DNA from: Bacteroidota bacterium
GTDB lineage: Bacteria; Bacteroidota; Bacteroidia; Flavobacteriales_D; Crocinitomicaceae
Length of the DNA stretch: 54,843 nucleotides
Direction: 5' to 3'
Assembly (NCBI GenBank): GCA_006227105.1
Contig: SBFR01000200.1
Coordinates: 1-54,843 of the forward strand
This document shows positions 8,194 to 19,049 of this stretch, piece after piece (within the stretch, counting starts at the first letter, position 1; the number at the start of each line of letters is the position of its first letter). The translations under genes were made by a program, and so were the position numbers. Below the pieces are notes generated by a model that was given only the letters and a program-made list of their open reading frames with translations, made no database searches and was not told the origin of the DNA.

Positions 8194-10617
8194 TTAAAAA
8201 CTACCTCTTAATGTAAAGATGAAGTTTCGTCCAGGAGCTGAAATGTTTGATGCAAACACTCTATAATTCCTATCTAGGATATTTTCACATGCCAGTTGAA
8301 GTCCCAGGTTTTTATTGAATTGATACCCAACTCTTGCATTGATCGTATACCATGAAGGCATTCCTTGAGGCAAGGCAAATGCTTGATTATCCTCACCAAA
8401 AGGATTGTAATCTTCAATTCTTTTCCAACCACTGTAATTCACATACATTTCGCCGCGAAACTTTCCTTCTATCACTTGGAATCCAAGTTTTCCAAAAACA
8501 GGTGGAATGTGATCCAAAGGAATTGCCGCGGTTGAATCATTAATGATCCTTCCATAGGTATAATTATATGTTGCATACACCTTCACATGATTGCTGATCT
8601 TTCCATTCATTGAAAGTTCCAAACCGTATAAATATGCCCTACTCGCATTCTGCATGGAAACAACGTTACTCATTACTCCATCATATAGGATCGAATCCTG
8701 ACCATTAAATTGATCATCCTTCACTGTAAGTGCATTAGTCAGAAAAGTGTAATATCCTGTTGCCTGTACATCTACCTTTCTTCCTAATTTATGCCCTATC
8801 CCCAATTCACCATTGTAGGTGTATTCCGGTTTTATGTTTTCATTAGGAACAATGATGTTTCCCGGAGATGATTCAAAAACCTTACTCAGATCATCCACAT
8901 TTGGAGCTCTGAAACCCGTAGAGAAAAGCACATTGATTCTAGTCTCGGCATCAGGCATATAGATTAAGCCCACATTCCCATTAAGAGCGGCATTTTTCTG
9001 TGATGTTTCATCAAATGGGAATTTAAAAAATGTAGTATCGGTAAATTTTGCATTCAGACCGACACTAGAGAAACGTAATCCATCATTTAGGATGAGATGA
9101 TCATTGATCTCATAGGTATGCGTCAAATAAGCCGCAATAGAGCTCATAGTTGCTCCTCCGGATGCATATCTTGTATCTAAAGGGGTTTCCATTCCCGTCT
9201 CGATATCTTTTTTGAAGGCGGAAGATGCAACCTTATTGTACCACCCTTCCAATCCGTATCTCAACTCATTCTTTCCTGATTTTTTGGCCAGATCAAGATT
9301 CAAGGTGTAAATGTCAAGGTTTTCAATTCGATGATTCAGACCGGTATTATTAAATCTTCGATCCATTCTGCTCTCTTCGATCTGTTGATACCCCAAGATT
9401 AACCTTGCATTATCATAGAACTTATTTTTATTGGTTAGCGCCAAAGTGTACGCTGCAAGCAGTCTGTCTTGTGGGCCATAATACCATTCTGCAAACCTTG
9501 GAAGACCTGATGACATCTGTGTCAATCTGTCATATCGAGGAATATTGGAAGAGGTAGAATATTGCAAATTGACCATATGCTTTACATTTTCATTCTGCTG
9601 AAATAAGAACTTTTGCAAAAGGTCATACTGTGAATATCCCGAACCCACTTGAAGATTCGAATCAGCATTCATGATCATGGTGTCTTTACCACCAATTCTG
9701 TCCTGATACCATGATCTTGCACCAAAATTACCTGCAAAGATCTCGCGGTTAGAACCTTGTCTTAAATCACCAAAATTCGAATACGTAAACGATGTTAATG
9801 AACCGAATTTCTTTGACCCTACGGCCACATCGGCGTGAGCAGCATAACCGCTGGCAGCACTCATATACCGCGTGTACGCATTGGCTTTAACCAATAGCTT
9901 CCCATCCGAAGAAAGTAATGGATCCTTTGTTCTGAAGGACATTACTCCTCCCAATGCATCGGAACCGTAAACAACTGACCCTGGGCCATAAACAATTTCA
10001 GCACGATCAAAAATTGCATTATCGAGGGTGATGACGTTCTGAAGATGCCCTCCCCTGTATATCGCATTGTTCATGCGTATGCCATCTATTACGATCAACA
10101 CCTTATTGGTTTCAAATCCTCGTATCACAGGACTACCACCTCCTAATTGACTCTTTTGAACCATAACGTTTCCGGAGTTTGCCAAAACATCGGCCGTAGA
10201 GGATTGATTCATATTTTCAAGTTCAGAGGCGCGAATCACCTGTATCTTTTGTGATACATCCTTTCGTTTCTCCTCAAACTTACTTGCAGACACAACCACT
10301 TCATCGATCGAAGATACGTTTTCTGAAAGTCGAATTATTGTACCTCCATCCGCTAGAGGAAGTTGGGTAGTGAATTTTTCATACATCGGATGGTTTAACG
10401 AAACTTGAATTTCGCCTTTGATCGGCTTAAGGGAAATTATTCCTTTCGAATCCGATTTTCCGATCATCTGATTATTGGTGTTATTGACAACAGTTACACC
10501 TTCTATTGGCTTTAAGGAAAGAATATCGATCACCTTAAGCTCGTACATTGAATTCTCACTCTGGCCAAATAAAAATATTGAGCACAGTAGAGAATATCCT
10601 AAGAGAATATTTCTCAT
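8194..10617 (-). CDS. TonB-dependent receptor with an N-terminal CarboxypepD_reg-like domain
   Basis: Signal peptide, beta-sandwich (LKVIDILSLKPIEGVTVV), plug (VVVSASKFEEKRKDVSQKIQVI...VIRGFETNKVLIVIDGIRMN), and a long barrel ending ...FIFTLRGSF with a terminal aromatic residue. Confidence 0.85.
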   Translation of the reverse strand: MRNILLGYSLLCSIFLFGQSENSMYELKVIDILSLKPIEGVTVVNNTNNQMIGKSDSKGIISLKPIKGEIQVSLNHPMYEKFTTQLPLADGGTIIRLSENVSSIDEVVVSASKFEEKRKDVSQKIQVIRASELENMNQSSTADVLANSGNVMVQKSQLGGGSPVIRGFETNKVLIVIDGIRMNNAIYRGGHLQNVITLDNAIFDRAEIVYGPGSVVYGSDALGGVMSFRTKDPLLSSDGKLLVKANAYTRYMSAASGYAAHADVAVGSKKFGSLTSFTYSNFGDLRQGSNREIFAGNFGARSWYQDRIGGKDTMIMNADSNLQVGSGYSQYDLLQKFLFQQNENVKHMVNLQYSTSSNIPRYDRLTQMSSGLPRFAEWYYGPQDRLLAAYTLALTNKNKFYDNARLILGYQQIEESRMDRRFNNTGLNHRIENLDIYTLNLDLAKKSGKNELRYGLEGWYNKVASSAFKKDIETGMETPLDTRYASGGATMSSIAAYLTHTYEINDHLILNDGLRFSSVGLNAKFTDTTFFKFPFDETSQKNAALNGNVGLIYMPDAETRINVLFSTGFRAPNVDDLSKVFESSPGNIIVPNENIKPEYTYNGELGIGHKLGRKVDVQATGYYTFLTNALTVKDDQFNGQDSILYDGVMSNVVSMQNASRAYLYGLELSMNGKISNHVKVYATYNYTYGRIINDSTAAIPLDHIPPVFGKLGFQVIEGKFRGEMYVNYSGWKRIEDYNPFGEDNQAFALPQGMPSWYTINARVGYQFNKNLGLQLACENILDRNYRVFASNISAPGRNFIFTLRGSF

Positions 10618-10665
10618 GATTTATGAATTAATAAAAATTTGATTAATTGATTTGTTATAAATGAT

Positions 10666-11199
10666 TTAGGAAAACCATTTCACCTCTGGAGGCCCAATTG
10701 TCAATTCATAATCAACCCATAAAACAGCAAATTGCTGTTCGAAATAATCTCGGTCTTCTTCAGGAAATTCAATTAGGTGAAGAGACAATTCATCTACAGG
10801 AAAATAAGGTGAGGTCAGCAATTCAAACCAATTTATGATCACACCACTGTTCTTCTTCGTTTGATTTAATGAAACGGTCTGATCGAGTTTTGCAAATAAT
10901 ACCGTTTCCATATCATCCGAGATACACTGCAAAGAGTAACTACCCTTGCCTTTTTCTTCCCGCACTACATCATAAAAATGATCACCATAAACGAATTCAT
11001 TCTTTTTTACCCATTTCAAGGATGCATATTCGGTGGATGTAAAATCAAAGTTGATCAGATCTTTTTTGTCGACACCATTTTTTAAAAGTGTTTTGATCTC
11101 TTTACGAATCTGATATCTTGAGAATTCAAAATACCCAGCAAACCCTAACAACTGCCAGAGCACAATTACCAGAAGTACAGATGCCAGTAATTTTCGCAT
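10666..11199 (-). CDS. Hypothetical membrane-anchored protein
   Basis: Single N-terminal TM segment (MRKLLASVLLVIVLWQLLGFAGY). No recognised family. I prefer ATG at 11199 over the ORF-track TTG at 11205. Confidence 0.55.
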   Translation of the reverse strand: MRKLLASVLLVIVLWQLLGFAGYFEFSRYQIRKEIKTLLKNGVDKKDLINFDFTSTEYASLKWVKKNEFVYGDHFYDVVREEKGKGSYSLQCISDDMETVLFAKLDQTVSLNQTKKNSGVIINWFELLTSPYFPVDELSLHLIEFPEEDRDYFEQQFAVLWVDYELTIGPPEVKWFS

Positions 11200-11202
11200 A
11201 CT

Positions 11203-11210
11203 CAAAAATA
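11203..11210 (-). promoter_or_regulatory. -7 promoter box TATTTTTG (minus strand), 3 nt upstream of the ATG at 11199
   Basis: The plus strand reads CAAAAATA at 11203-11210. Confidence 0.45.
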
Positions 11211-11221
11211 CAATCTATTTC

Positions 11222-11229
11222 TATTTTTG
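11222..11229 (+). promoter_or_regulatory. -7 promoter box TATTTTTG, 6 nt upstream of the ATG at 11236
   Basis: Exact TAnnTTTG match, followed by ttgtca-ATG. Confidence 0.5.
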
Positions 11230-11235
11230 TTGTCA

Positions 11236-11865
11236 ATGAAAGAAAAGATCGTCGTAAATAAAACTGCCCGTATCTTCAAAGAAGGAAATGAAGGAAGTAA
11301 TATCGTAGTGCTTACTTTACATGGATATGGCCATTCGGCGGAGTTCTTCATTCGAAAATTTAGTTCTCTTTACGATGATTTCCTTTTCATCGCTCCGGAA
11401 GGTTTACATCGTTTCTATCTCAATGGAACCGAAGGAAGAGTTGGTGCATCCTGGATGACAAAAACAGATAGAGAGGATGATATCAGTGATAACATTCTTT
11501 ACTTAGATAAAATCATTCAGCACATTCTGGATACGTACCCTTCAAAAAAAATAATCTTACTTGGGTTTTCTCAGGGAGGTGCAACAGCTGCCAGGTGGTT
11601 TTATTCAAAGAAAAATCAGTTTGTCAAGAACTTGATCATGTGGGCAACAGTGTTCCCTCCAGACATTGATGAGAACTTAATCCAAAAGGAAGATACAGAC
11701 AATTACTTCGTTTTAGGCAATGAAGATCAATACTATAAAAATGAAGCCGCTGAGAAAGTAAGGACGTATTATCGTTCTTTTGGTTTTAAAACGATTGATT
11801 TTCAGGGTGATCACGATATTAACTCGGAAACACTAGAAGGAATTCTCTCTATTCTTGATCGTTAA
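11236..11865 (+). CDS. Alpha/beta hydrolase (phospholipase/carboxylesterase family)
   Basis: VVLTLHGYG..., nucleophile elbow GFSQGG, and a C-terminal ...GDHDI His motif. I prefer ATG at 11236 over the TTG at 11227, which lies inside the -7 box. Confidence 0.75.
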   Translation: MKEKIVVNKTARIFKEGNEGSNIVVLTLHGYGHSAEFFIRKFSSLYDDFLFIAPEGLHRFYLNGTEGRVGASWMTKTDREDDISDNILYLDKIIQHILDTYPSKKIILLGFSQGGATAARWFYSKKNQFVKNLIMWATVFPPDIDENLIQKEDTDNYFVLGNEDQYYKNEAAEKVRTYYRSFGFKTIDFQGDHDINSETLEGILSILDR

Positions 11866-11914
11866 TTTTTTTCCTTTGGCACAATTTCTGATATTTGCAC
11901 CGAAAATTAAACAA

Positions 11915-12550
11915 ATGAGATACGTACTTACAATAATTGCTCTTTACGCCTTTTCAACTTTCGCGCAGGACGCTAAATCTCAAGGCATCCTTGATAAGTT
12001 GTCTACAAAAATGAAAGGCTATAAAACGTTCTACATCGAATTTTCTGCAACAATCAAAAATTCAGCTACAGGAACGAATGAAACTGAAACAGGTAAAGGC
12101 TGGGTGAAAGGTGATAAATTCTGTGCTACCTATGGAGAGAACACGATCATATCAAATGGAACCAAAACGTGGACGATTGTTAAGGAAGAAAAAACGGTTT
12201 ATGAAACTGATGCTGCTGAAGCGGATGAAGAGTCAATCAATCCAAAGAAATTAATGACCATTTGGGAAACTGGATTTAAGAATAAATACGATCGAGAAGA
12301 TAAACTAAATAATGAGGCAGTACACGTAATTAACTTGTATCCGAAAAACCCGGCGAAAGTTGAATACCACACTATCACTTTATATATTTCGAAATCTTCG
12401 AATGAATTGAAAAAGGCAGTTCTTAAGACTAAAGACGGAACAACTATGACGTATACAGTCAACAAGTTTGACGGAAATACCGCAATCGAAGATTCAAAGT
12501 TTGTTTTTGATTCAAAGAAATACCCTGGATACTCAGTCATTAAGGACTAA
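11915..12550 (+). CDS. LolA-like outer-membrane lipoprotein carrier family protein
   Basis: Signal peptide MRYVLTIIALYAFSTFAQ. About 210 aa, with the typical 'LDKLSTKMKGYKTFYIEF...TWTIV...' organisation of Bacteroidota LolA-like proteins. The ORF-track start at 11855 adds a non-signal extension. Confidence 0.65.
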   Translation: MRYVLTIIALYAFSTFAQDAKSQGILDKLSTKMKGYKTFYIEFSATIKNSATGTNETETGKGWVKGDKFCATYGENTIISNGTKTWTIVKEEKTVYETDAAEADEESINPKKLMTIWETGFKNKYDREDKLNNEAVHVINLYPKNPAKVEYHTITLYISKSSNELKKAVLKTKDGTTMTYTVNKFDGNTAIEDSKFVFDSKKYPGYSVIKD

Positions 12551-12561
12551 AAGGAATAAAC

Positions 12562-12597
12562 AAAAAAAGAGGGAGCAAAATTGCTCCCTCTTTTTTC
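12562..12597. terminator. Bidirectional intrinsic terminator
   Basis: A7 tract, stem GAGGGAGCA / TGCTCCCTC, T6 tract. It lies between convergent genes. Confidence 0.8.
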
Positions 12598-14598
12598 TTA
12601 ATATCCCATAATTTCTTTAACAGCATTTTTAAACCTTTCCTTTGGAAGGAATTGCGCTTCCAGCGGTACGGCAAATGGAACTGCAGTATCTAAAGACGCA
12701 ATTCGTTTCACAGGTGCATCCAAGTCAGCGAAACAATTCTCAGTGATCAAGGCAGCTACCTCTCCACCGATTCCACCTGTCATACAGTCTTCATGTAAAA
12801 CAATTACTCTTCCTGTTTTTCTCACAGCACTATAAATAGCTTCCACATCCAGCGGAAGTAAAGTTCTCAGATCAAGAATCTCAAATGAGATCTCCGGATT
12901 TTCTGCAGCCACCTCTTCGGCCCACAATACTCCCAGACCATAAGTAATTACAGTAAGATCAGTACCACTATTCACCGTTCTTGCCTTTCCGATCTCTACA
13001 GTGTAGTAATCATCAGGAATTTCCTCCTTAATACTTCTATACAAGTACTTATGCTCAAAAACCATCACAGGATTAGGGTCCTCGATTGCGGCATTGATCA
13101 AGCCTTTTGCATCATACGGCGTGCTTGGATAAACAACCTTCAAACCAGGGGTATGGACAAACCATGCTTCATTACTTTGAGAATGATATGGCCCAGCAGC
13201 TGTTCCAGCTCCAGTTGGCATACGAACAACTACATCTGCATTTTGCCCCCATCTCCAATGGATCTTAGCAAGGTTATTCACAATTTGGTTAAAACCACAC
13301 GTAACAAAGTCAGCAAATTGCATTTCAACAACCGCTTTCATTCCTGAAATAGAAAGCCCTAATCCAGCTCCTACTATAGCAGACTCACAAAGCGGAGTAT
13401 TACGAACTCTGCCTTTACCAAAAAGATCAACAAATCCTTCAGTAACTTTGAATGCCCCGCCATATTCAGCGATATCTTGTCCCATTAACACGAGATTCGG
13501 ATATTTCTCCATGGATTGCTTCAATCCATCCTGAACAGCATCAATAAATCTTTTTTCAGAAGTTTCACCCTGGGCTTTAACAACAGTCTGCTTAAACGGA
13601 GCATACATGTCAGTTAATTCTCTTTCCAAAGAAGCTTCAACTGCAGGTTCAGCCTGGGCAGTATCGAAACCTTTCTGAATTTCCTCTTTGATCTGCTTTT
13701 TCAAAGCAGTCTCATTTTCGTCAGTCAGTATCCCCTCTTCTTTCAAGAATAATTCAAAGTTCATTACAGGATCCTGCTTTGACCACTCATCTTGAAGTCC
13801 TTCGGGATAATATTTGGTTCCAGACGCTTCTTCATGCCCTCTCATTCTAAAGGTCATAAGCTCAAGAATATACGGCTTTGGATCTTTTCTTATTTCATCA
13901 TTGATCTTTCTAACCGTACGAATGACATCAAGAATGTTGTTTCCATTTACCTGAATCGCATTCATACCATAACCAATTCCTTTATCAATAAATTGCTTAC
14001 ATCGGAATTGTTCTGATGAAGGAGTTGAAAGCCCCCATCTGTTATTTTCAATGGCAAAAATCACAGGCAAATCCCATACAGCGGCTACATTTAAAGCCTC
14101 ATGAAAGTCACCCTCAGAAGCTCCACCATCTCCGGTAAATACGATTGTAGATTTCTTTTGATCCTTAAGGACCGACGATAATGCTATCCCATCAGCTATT
14201 CCTAACTGTGGTCCAAGATGAGAGATCATCCCTACAATTTTATGTTCTTGGGTTCCAAAATGGAATGAACGATCTCTTCCTTTTGTAAAACCTGACATTT
14301 TCCCTTGGAATTGGGCAAATAATCTTTCTAAAGGAATATCTCTTGTTGTGAATACTCCCAAATTACGGTGCATGGGAAGTATATATTCTTCTCGATCCAT
14401 TGCATAAGCACATCCAACTGAAATCGCTTCTTGTCCCCATCCGGAAAACCATTTTGTGATCTTTCCCTGACGAAGTAGGATCAACATCTTTTCTTCGATC
14501 AGTCTCGGTCTCAAAAGAGTCTCATAGATCTTCAGTAATTCATCATTCTCAAATCCTGCTCGATCGAATTCTATATGTCGTTTTTCTAAAACTTCCAT
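12598..14598 (-). CDS. Fused alpha/beta E1 component of a 2-oxoacid (branched-chain-type) dehydrogenase, TPP-dependent
   Basis: The N-terminal half has the E1-alpha TPP motif (GDGGASEGDFHEALNVAAVW...IENN). The C-terminal half is transketolase-like E1-beta (LMGQDIAEYGGAFKVT...RNTPLCESAIVG). 666 aa in a single ORF. Confidence 0.85.
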   Translation of the reverse strand: MEVLEKRHIEFDRAGFENDELLKIYETLLRPRLIEEKMLILLRQGKITKWFSGWGQEAISVGCAYAMDREEYILPMHRNLGVFTTRDIPLERLFAQFQGKMSGFTKGRDRSFHFGTQEHKIVGMISHLGPQLGIADGIALSSVLKDQKKSTIVFTGDGGASEGDFHEALNVAAVWDLPVIFAIENNRWGLSTPSSEQFRCKQFIDKGIGYGMNAIQVNGNNILDVIRTVRKINDEIRKDPKPYILELMTFRMRGHEEASGTKYYPEGLQDEWSKQDPVMNFELFLKEEGILTDENETALKKQIKEEIQKGFDTAQAEPAVEASLERELTDMYAPFKQTVVKAQGETSEKRFIDAVQDGLKQSMEKYPNLVLMGQDIAEYGGAFKVTEGFVDLFGKGRVRNTPLCESAIVGAGLGLSISGMKAVVEMQFADFVTCGFNQIVNNLAKIHWRWGQNADVVVRMPTGAGTAAGPYHSQSNEAWFVHTPGLKVVYPSTPYDAKGLINAAIEDPNPVMVFEHKYLYRSIKEEIPDDYYTVEIGKARTVNSGTDLTVITYGLGVLWAEEVAAENPEISFEILDLRTLLPLDVEAIYSAVRKTGRVIVLHEDCMTGGIGGEVAALITENCFADLDAPVKRIASLDTAVPFAVPLEAQFLPKERFKNAVKEIMGY

Positions 14599-14615
14599 TG
14601 TAATAATTTAAAGTA

Positions 14616-14623
14616 CAAAACTA
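14616..14623 (-). promoter_or_regulatory. -7 promoter box TAGTTTTG (minus strand), 17 nt upstream of the E1 gene ATG
   Basis: The plus strand reads CAAAACTA at 14616-14623. Confidence 0.5.
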
Positions 14624-14653
14624 AGTATTTCACCATTCTGAAAGGGAAATGTT

Positions 14654-14683
14654 AAAAAAAAAGCCTGTCCAAAGACAGGCCTT
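14654..14683 (-). terminator. Intrinsic terminator of gdhA
   Basis: Read on the minus strand: GCCTGTC-TTTG-GACAGGC followed by a T9 tract. Confidence 0.8.
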
Positions 14684-14703
14684 AAATATTCGTGAGTAGT
14701 TTA

Positions 14704-16071
<1,368 letters not shown>

Positions 16072-16083
16072 TTATCAACGCGA

Positions 16084-16091
16084 CAAATGTA
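16084..16091 (-). promoter_or_regulatory. -7 promoter box TACATTTG (minus strand), 24 nt upstream of the gdhA ATG
   Basis: The plus strand reads CAAATGTA at 16084-16091. Confidence 0.55.
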
Positions 16092-16211
16092 TATATTTTT
16101 TAAACCTCAGAATGTTTTTTGTAAAATATGTTTGGAATCCTAAAATATTCATGCCTACGGCCGATTTATTCGTTCAAAGAAGTTTTCTTTTCATTCCTTA
16201 ATTTCTTGGCG

Positions 16212-16219
16212 TAAATTTG
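16212..16219 (+). promoter_or_regulatory. -7 promoter box TAAATTTG upstream of the T9SS-cargo gene
   Basis: Exact TAnnTTTG match, 22 nt before ATG 16242 and 64 nt before ATG 16284. Confidence 0.5.
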
Positions 16220-16241
16220 TCATCAATCATAAGCAACCTTA

Positions 16242-18986
16242 ATGAGGTATTTTCCGTTTAAAGGTCAAGACTTAGATATAGTTATGAAAAAAATCCTATT
16301 TACTCAGTTGTTCTTTTTTACATCGCTATTTGTTTCAGCACAAGCATTACCTCCGGTAGTCCTTTGTTTGGGAGAAGATGCTACTGTATGTCAAGGCCAA
16401 ACTGTCACGATCAATAACTGTGGAGCTGGTGGTTCTGGTGGAGGTGCCGGAATTTATCTTAACGCACCAACCAATGTTACTTTGTGGGATGACAATTACT
16501 CAGGAGTGATCAATATTGGTTTCACATTTAACTTTTACGGTAATAATTACAATCAATTGGTGATCGGATCAAATGGTCTACTTTCCTTTGACATCTCAAA
16601 GGCAAATGGATATTGTGCTTGGTCACTTGGGGGAGCCGGACCAGTTCCTGGACCTTTTGCAGATTATCGAAATGCAACAATGGGTTGTTACATGGATATC
16701 AATCCTGGGGTTGGTGGAACAGTGCAATATCAAACAATTGGAACTGCTCCGAATAGAAAATTTGTTGCTCTTTACAAAGAGATCCCGATGTTCTCTTGTG
16801 GAGGTTGTGCTTATTTTGCGATCATTCTGTACGAAACATCAAATATTGTAGAATACCATATTGGTGACAAACCAAACTGTAATTCTTGGAATGGTGGTTT
16901 GGCAGTACAAGCAACTGAAAATACTGGAGCTCCGATGATTGGTCATTTTACACCTGGAAGAAACAACCAACAATGGTTCACAAACCAGGATGGAAAGAGA
17001 TATACACCTACTGCACCGAATAATACGATGGCCTATGCTATTTCAACTGTTCCTTATATTTTGGTTTCCTCCCCTGGAACCAATATGGCATGGGGTAATA
17101 CTTTAGGTCAAACTTTCCCATATAACAATGGAGTTTTAAATGTGGCCAATGTACCTCCGGGTACAACAGGATACTTTGTCACTGGGACAGCATGTGGTGC
17201 TAATATTGGTTCAATTACACAGGATACCACTTGGCTTACTCGTGTTAACTCTGCGGTAACTGCAACTTCAACTCCTGACATATGTAGTAGTGGAATCGGG
17301 ACGGTTACAGCTAACCCAACTGCTGGTATCGCTCCATTTACTTTCAGCTGGCCATTATTGGCTGCAAGTACTCAAACCGTTAATAACGTTTCTGCCGGCA
17401 CTTACACGGTAAGTATGGTAGACGGTAATGGATGTCCTTCGACTGCTTCAGTTACAGTTGGAGACACACCTGCATCTTTTTCTGGATCTACTACAGTTGT
17501 AAGTTGTCCTGGAGGAGCTGATGGAACTGCATTTGCAGAAATGACTCCACAGTTAGGGACTGTTACTTATTCATGGAATGACCCTAATAATCAAACGACG
17601 CAGACTGCTACTGGACTTTCAGCAGGCAATTACACGTGTACAATTACTTCAACTGTTGGCTGTGTTGGAACAGTAGATCTTACCGTAACTGAAATCCCAG
17701 GAATGATCGGTACTATTTTGAATCAGACGGATGTGACGTGTAATTCAGGAAATGATGGAATGATCGAAATTGGTGTAACTCAAGGTACAGCTCCTTATGC
17801 TTATAGCTGGAATAACTCTTCTTCTACTTCCAATATTGCGAACGATCTTTATGTGGGAGATCATACTGCTACTATTACGGATGCAAACGGATGTGTGATT
17901 ACTGTTGATGGCACTTTGGCAGAACCTCTTCCTTTATCAATTACATTCCTGACGCCAGACACTCAAATCTGTCCAGAGGATGACATCTTACTTGAAGTTC
18001 AAGGAACAGGTGGTTCAAGTCCTTATACATTTACTTGGTCAGAAAATGGACAAACGATCGGCACAGGAACATCTATCACTGTTGATCCTGTAAGCACGAA
18101 CACAACCTATTGTGTAGTGATGTCGGAAGCATGTGGATCACCAACGACACAAGAATGTAATTTGATCTACTTCCCTACTCCTATTGTACCGAGTGCTGTC
18201 CCTGATAGACCAGAAGATTGTATCCCAGCTGATTTCATATTTACAAATGATTCGGAAAACGGATCAGAAATCGCAACAACGCTTTGGGAATTCTCAGATG
18301 GCTCTACTTTCTTGAATAATGGTCAGGATCCAGTAAGTATTGTTTTTGATGTTCCAAACTATTACTCTCTGAACCTTACAGTGACATCAATCTATGGTTG
18401 TGTTTACACAAGCTCTCATCAAAACATTGTTGAAGCATTACCACTTCCGGTAGCAGATTTCACTTTCTCGGCGAATCCAGCGACCATTTTTGAAACGGTT
18501 ATTCAAATGCAGGATCGTTCAAGCTTTGATGTCATTCAATGGGAATGGTTTAGTCCAGGTTCAACTCCGACATATAGCTATTCTGAAAACCCAACATTCT
18601 TCTTCCCTGAAGGAGAACCAGGAACCTACCCTGTAACGTTGATGGTAACAACAGAATATGGCTGTACAGATACGGTGACATATCTAATGAATATTGTTCC
18701 TGCAGTTTTGTTCTATGCTCCTAACGCATTTACTCCGGATGACGATGAATTCAATCAGAATTGGGAATTCTTTGTATCAGGTATTGATATATATGACTTC
18801 GAGTTATACATTTTCAATAGATGGGGAGAGATCATCTGGGAAACTCATGATCCTTCTGCAACTTGGGATGGTACTTACCACGGAGAAATAGTTCCGCAAG
18901 GTGCGTACAACTGGAAGGCTACTGTGAAAGATCCTTACAAGGATGACAAAATGGAATTTAAAGGACATATAAATGTCTTGAGATAA
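16242..18986 (+). CDS. Large cell-surface protein: unknown N-terminal domain, three SprB-type repeats, PKD-like domains, and a T9SS type-B (gliding-motility-associated) C-terminal sorting domain
   Basis: Signal peptide MKKILFTQLFFFTSLFVSAQA (from ATG 16284). Three repeats of the 'C..G.DG......G.APY.YSW.........L.AG.Y..T.TD.NGC' type. Two PKD-like segments (WEFSDGST...; WEWFSPGS...). C-terminus YAPNAFTPDDDEFNQNW...IFNRWGEIIWE...WDGTYHGEIVPQGAYNW is the type-B CTD signature. Confidence 0.8.
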   Translation: MRYFPFKGQDLDIVMKKILFTQLFFFTSLFVSAQALPPVVLCLGEDATVCQGQTVTINNCGAGGSGGGAGIYLNAPTNVTLWDDNYSGVINIGFTFNFYGNNYNQLVIGSNGLLSFDISKANGYCAWSLGGAGPVPGPFADYRNATMGCYMDINPGVGGTVQYQTIGTAPNRKFVALYKEIPMFSCGGCAYFAIILYETSNIVEYHIGDKPNCNSWNGGLAVQATENTGAPMIGHFTPGRNNQQWFTNQDGKRYTPTAPNNTMAYAISTVPYILVSSPGTNMAWGNTLGQTFPYNNGVLNVANVPPGTTGYFVTGTACGANIGSITQDTTWLTRVNSAVTATSTPDICSSGIGTVTANPTAGIAPFTFSWPLLAASTQTVNNVSAGTYTVSMVDGNGCPSTASVTVGDTPASFSGSTTVVSCPGGADGTAFAEMTPQLGTVTYSWNDPNNQTTQTATGLSAGNYTCTITSTVGCVGTVDLTVTEIPGMIGTILNQTDVTCNSGNDGMIEIGVTQGTAPYAYSWNNSSSTSNIANDLYVGDHTATITDANGCVITVDGTLAEPLPLSITFLTPDTQICPEDDILLEVQGTGGSSPYTFTWSENGQTIGTGTSITVDPVSTNTTYCVVMSEACGSPTTQECNLIYFPTPIVPSAVPDRPEDCIPADFIFTNDSENGSEIATTLWEFSDGSTFLNNGQDPVSIVFDVPNYYSLNLTVTSIYGCVYTSSHQNIVEALPLPVADFTFSANPATIFETVIQMQDRSSFDVIQWEWFSPGSTPTYSYSENPTFFFPEGEPGTYPVTLMVTTEYGCTDTVTYLMNIVPAVLFYAPNAFTPDDDEFNQNWEFFVSGIDIYDFELYIFNRWGEIIWETHDPSATWDGTYHGEIVPQGAYNWKATVKDPYKDDKMEFKGHINVLR

Positions 18987-19016
18987 AAAAAAGGAGGCTT
19001 CGGCCTCCTTTTTTCT
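18985..19016 (+). terminator. Intrinsic terminator
   Basis: A8 tract, stem AAGGAGGC, loop TTCG, stem GCCTCCTT, T-tract. Confidence 0.85.
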
Positions 19017-19049
19017 TTGGTACTGTTTTTGACCTTGAGAAGAAAATAG

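Noticed and set aside
8194-10617. Whether the TonB-dependent receptors (8194-10617, 28941-31580) mark polysaccharide utilisation loci.
   Set aside because: No SusD-like (RagB) gene, hybrid two-component sensor or ECF/anti-sigma pair is adjacent to either receptor. Their neighbours are unrelated or unknown small proteins.
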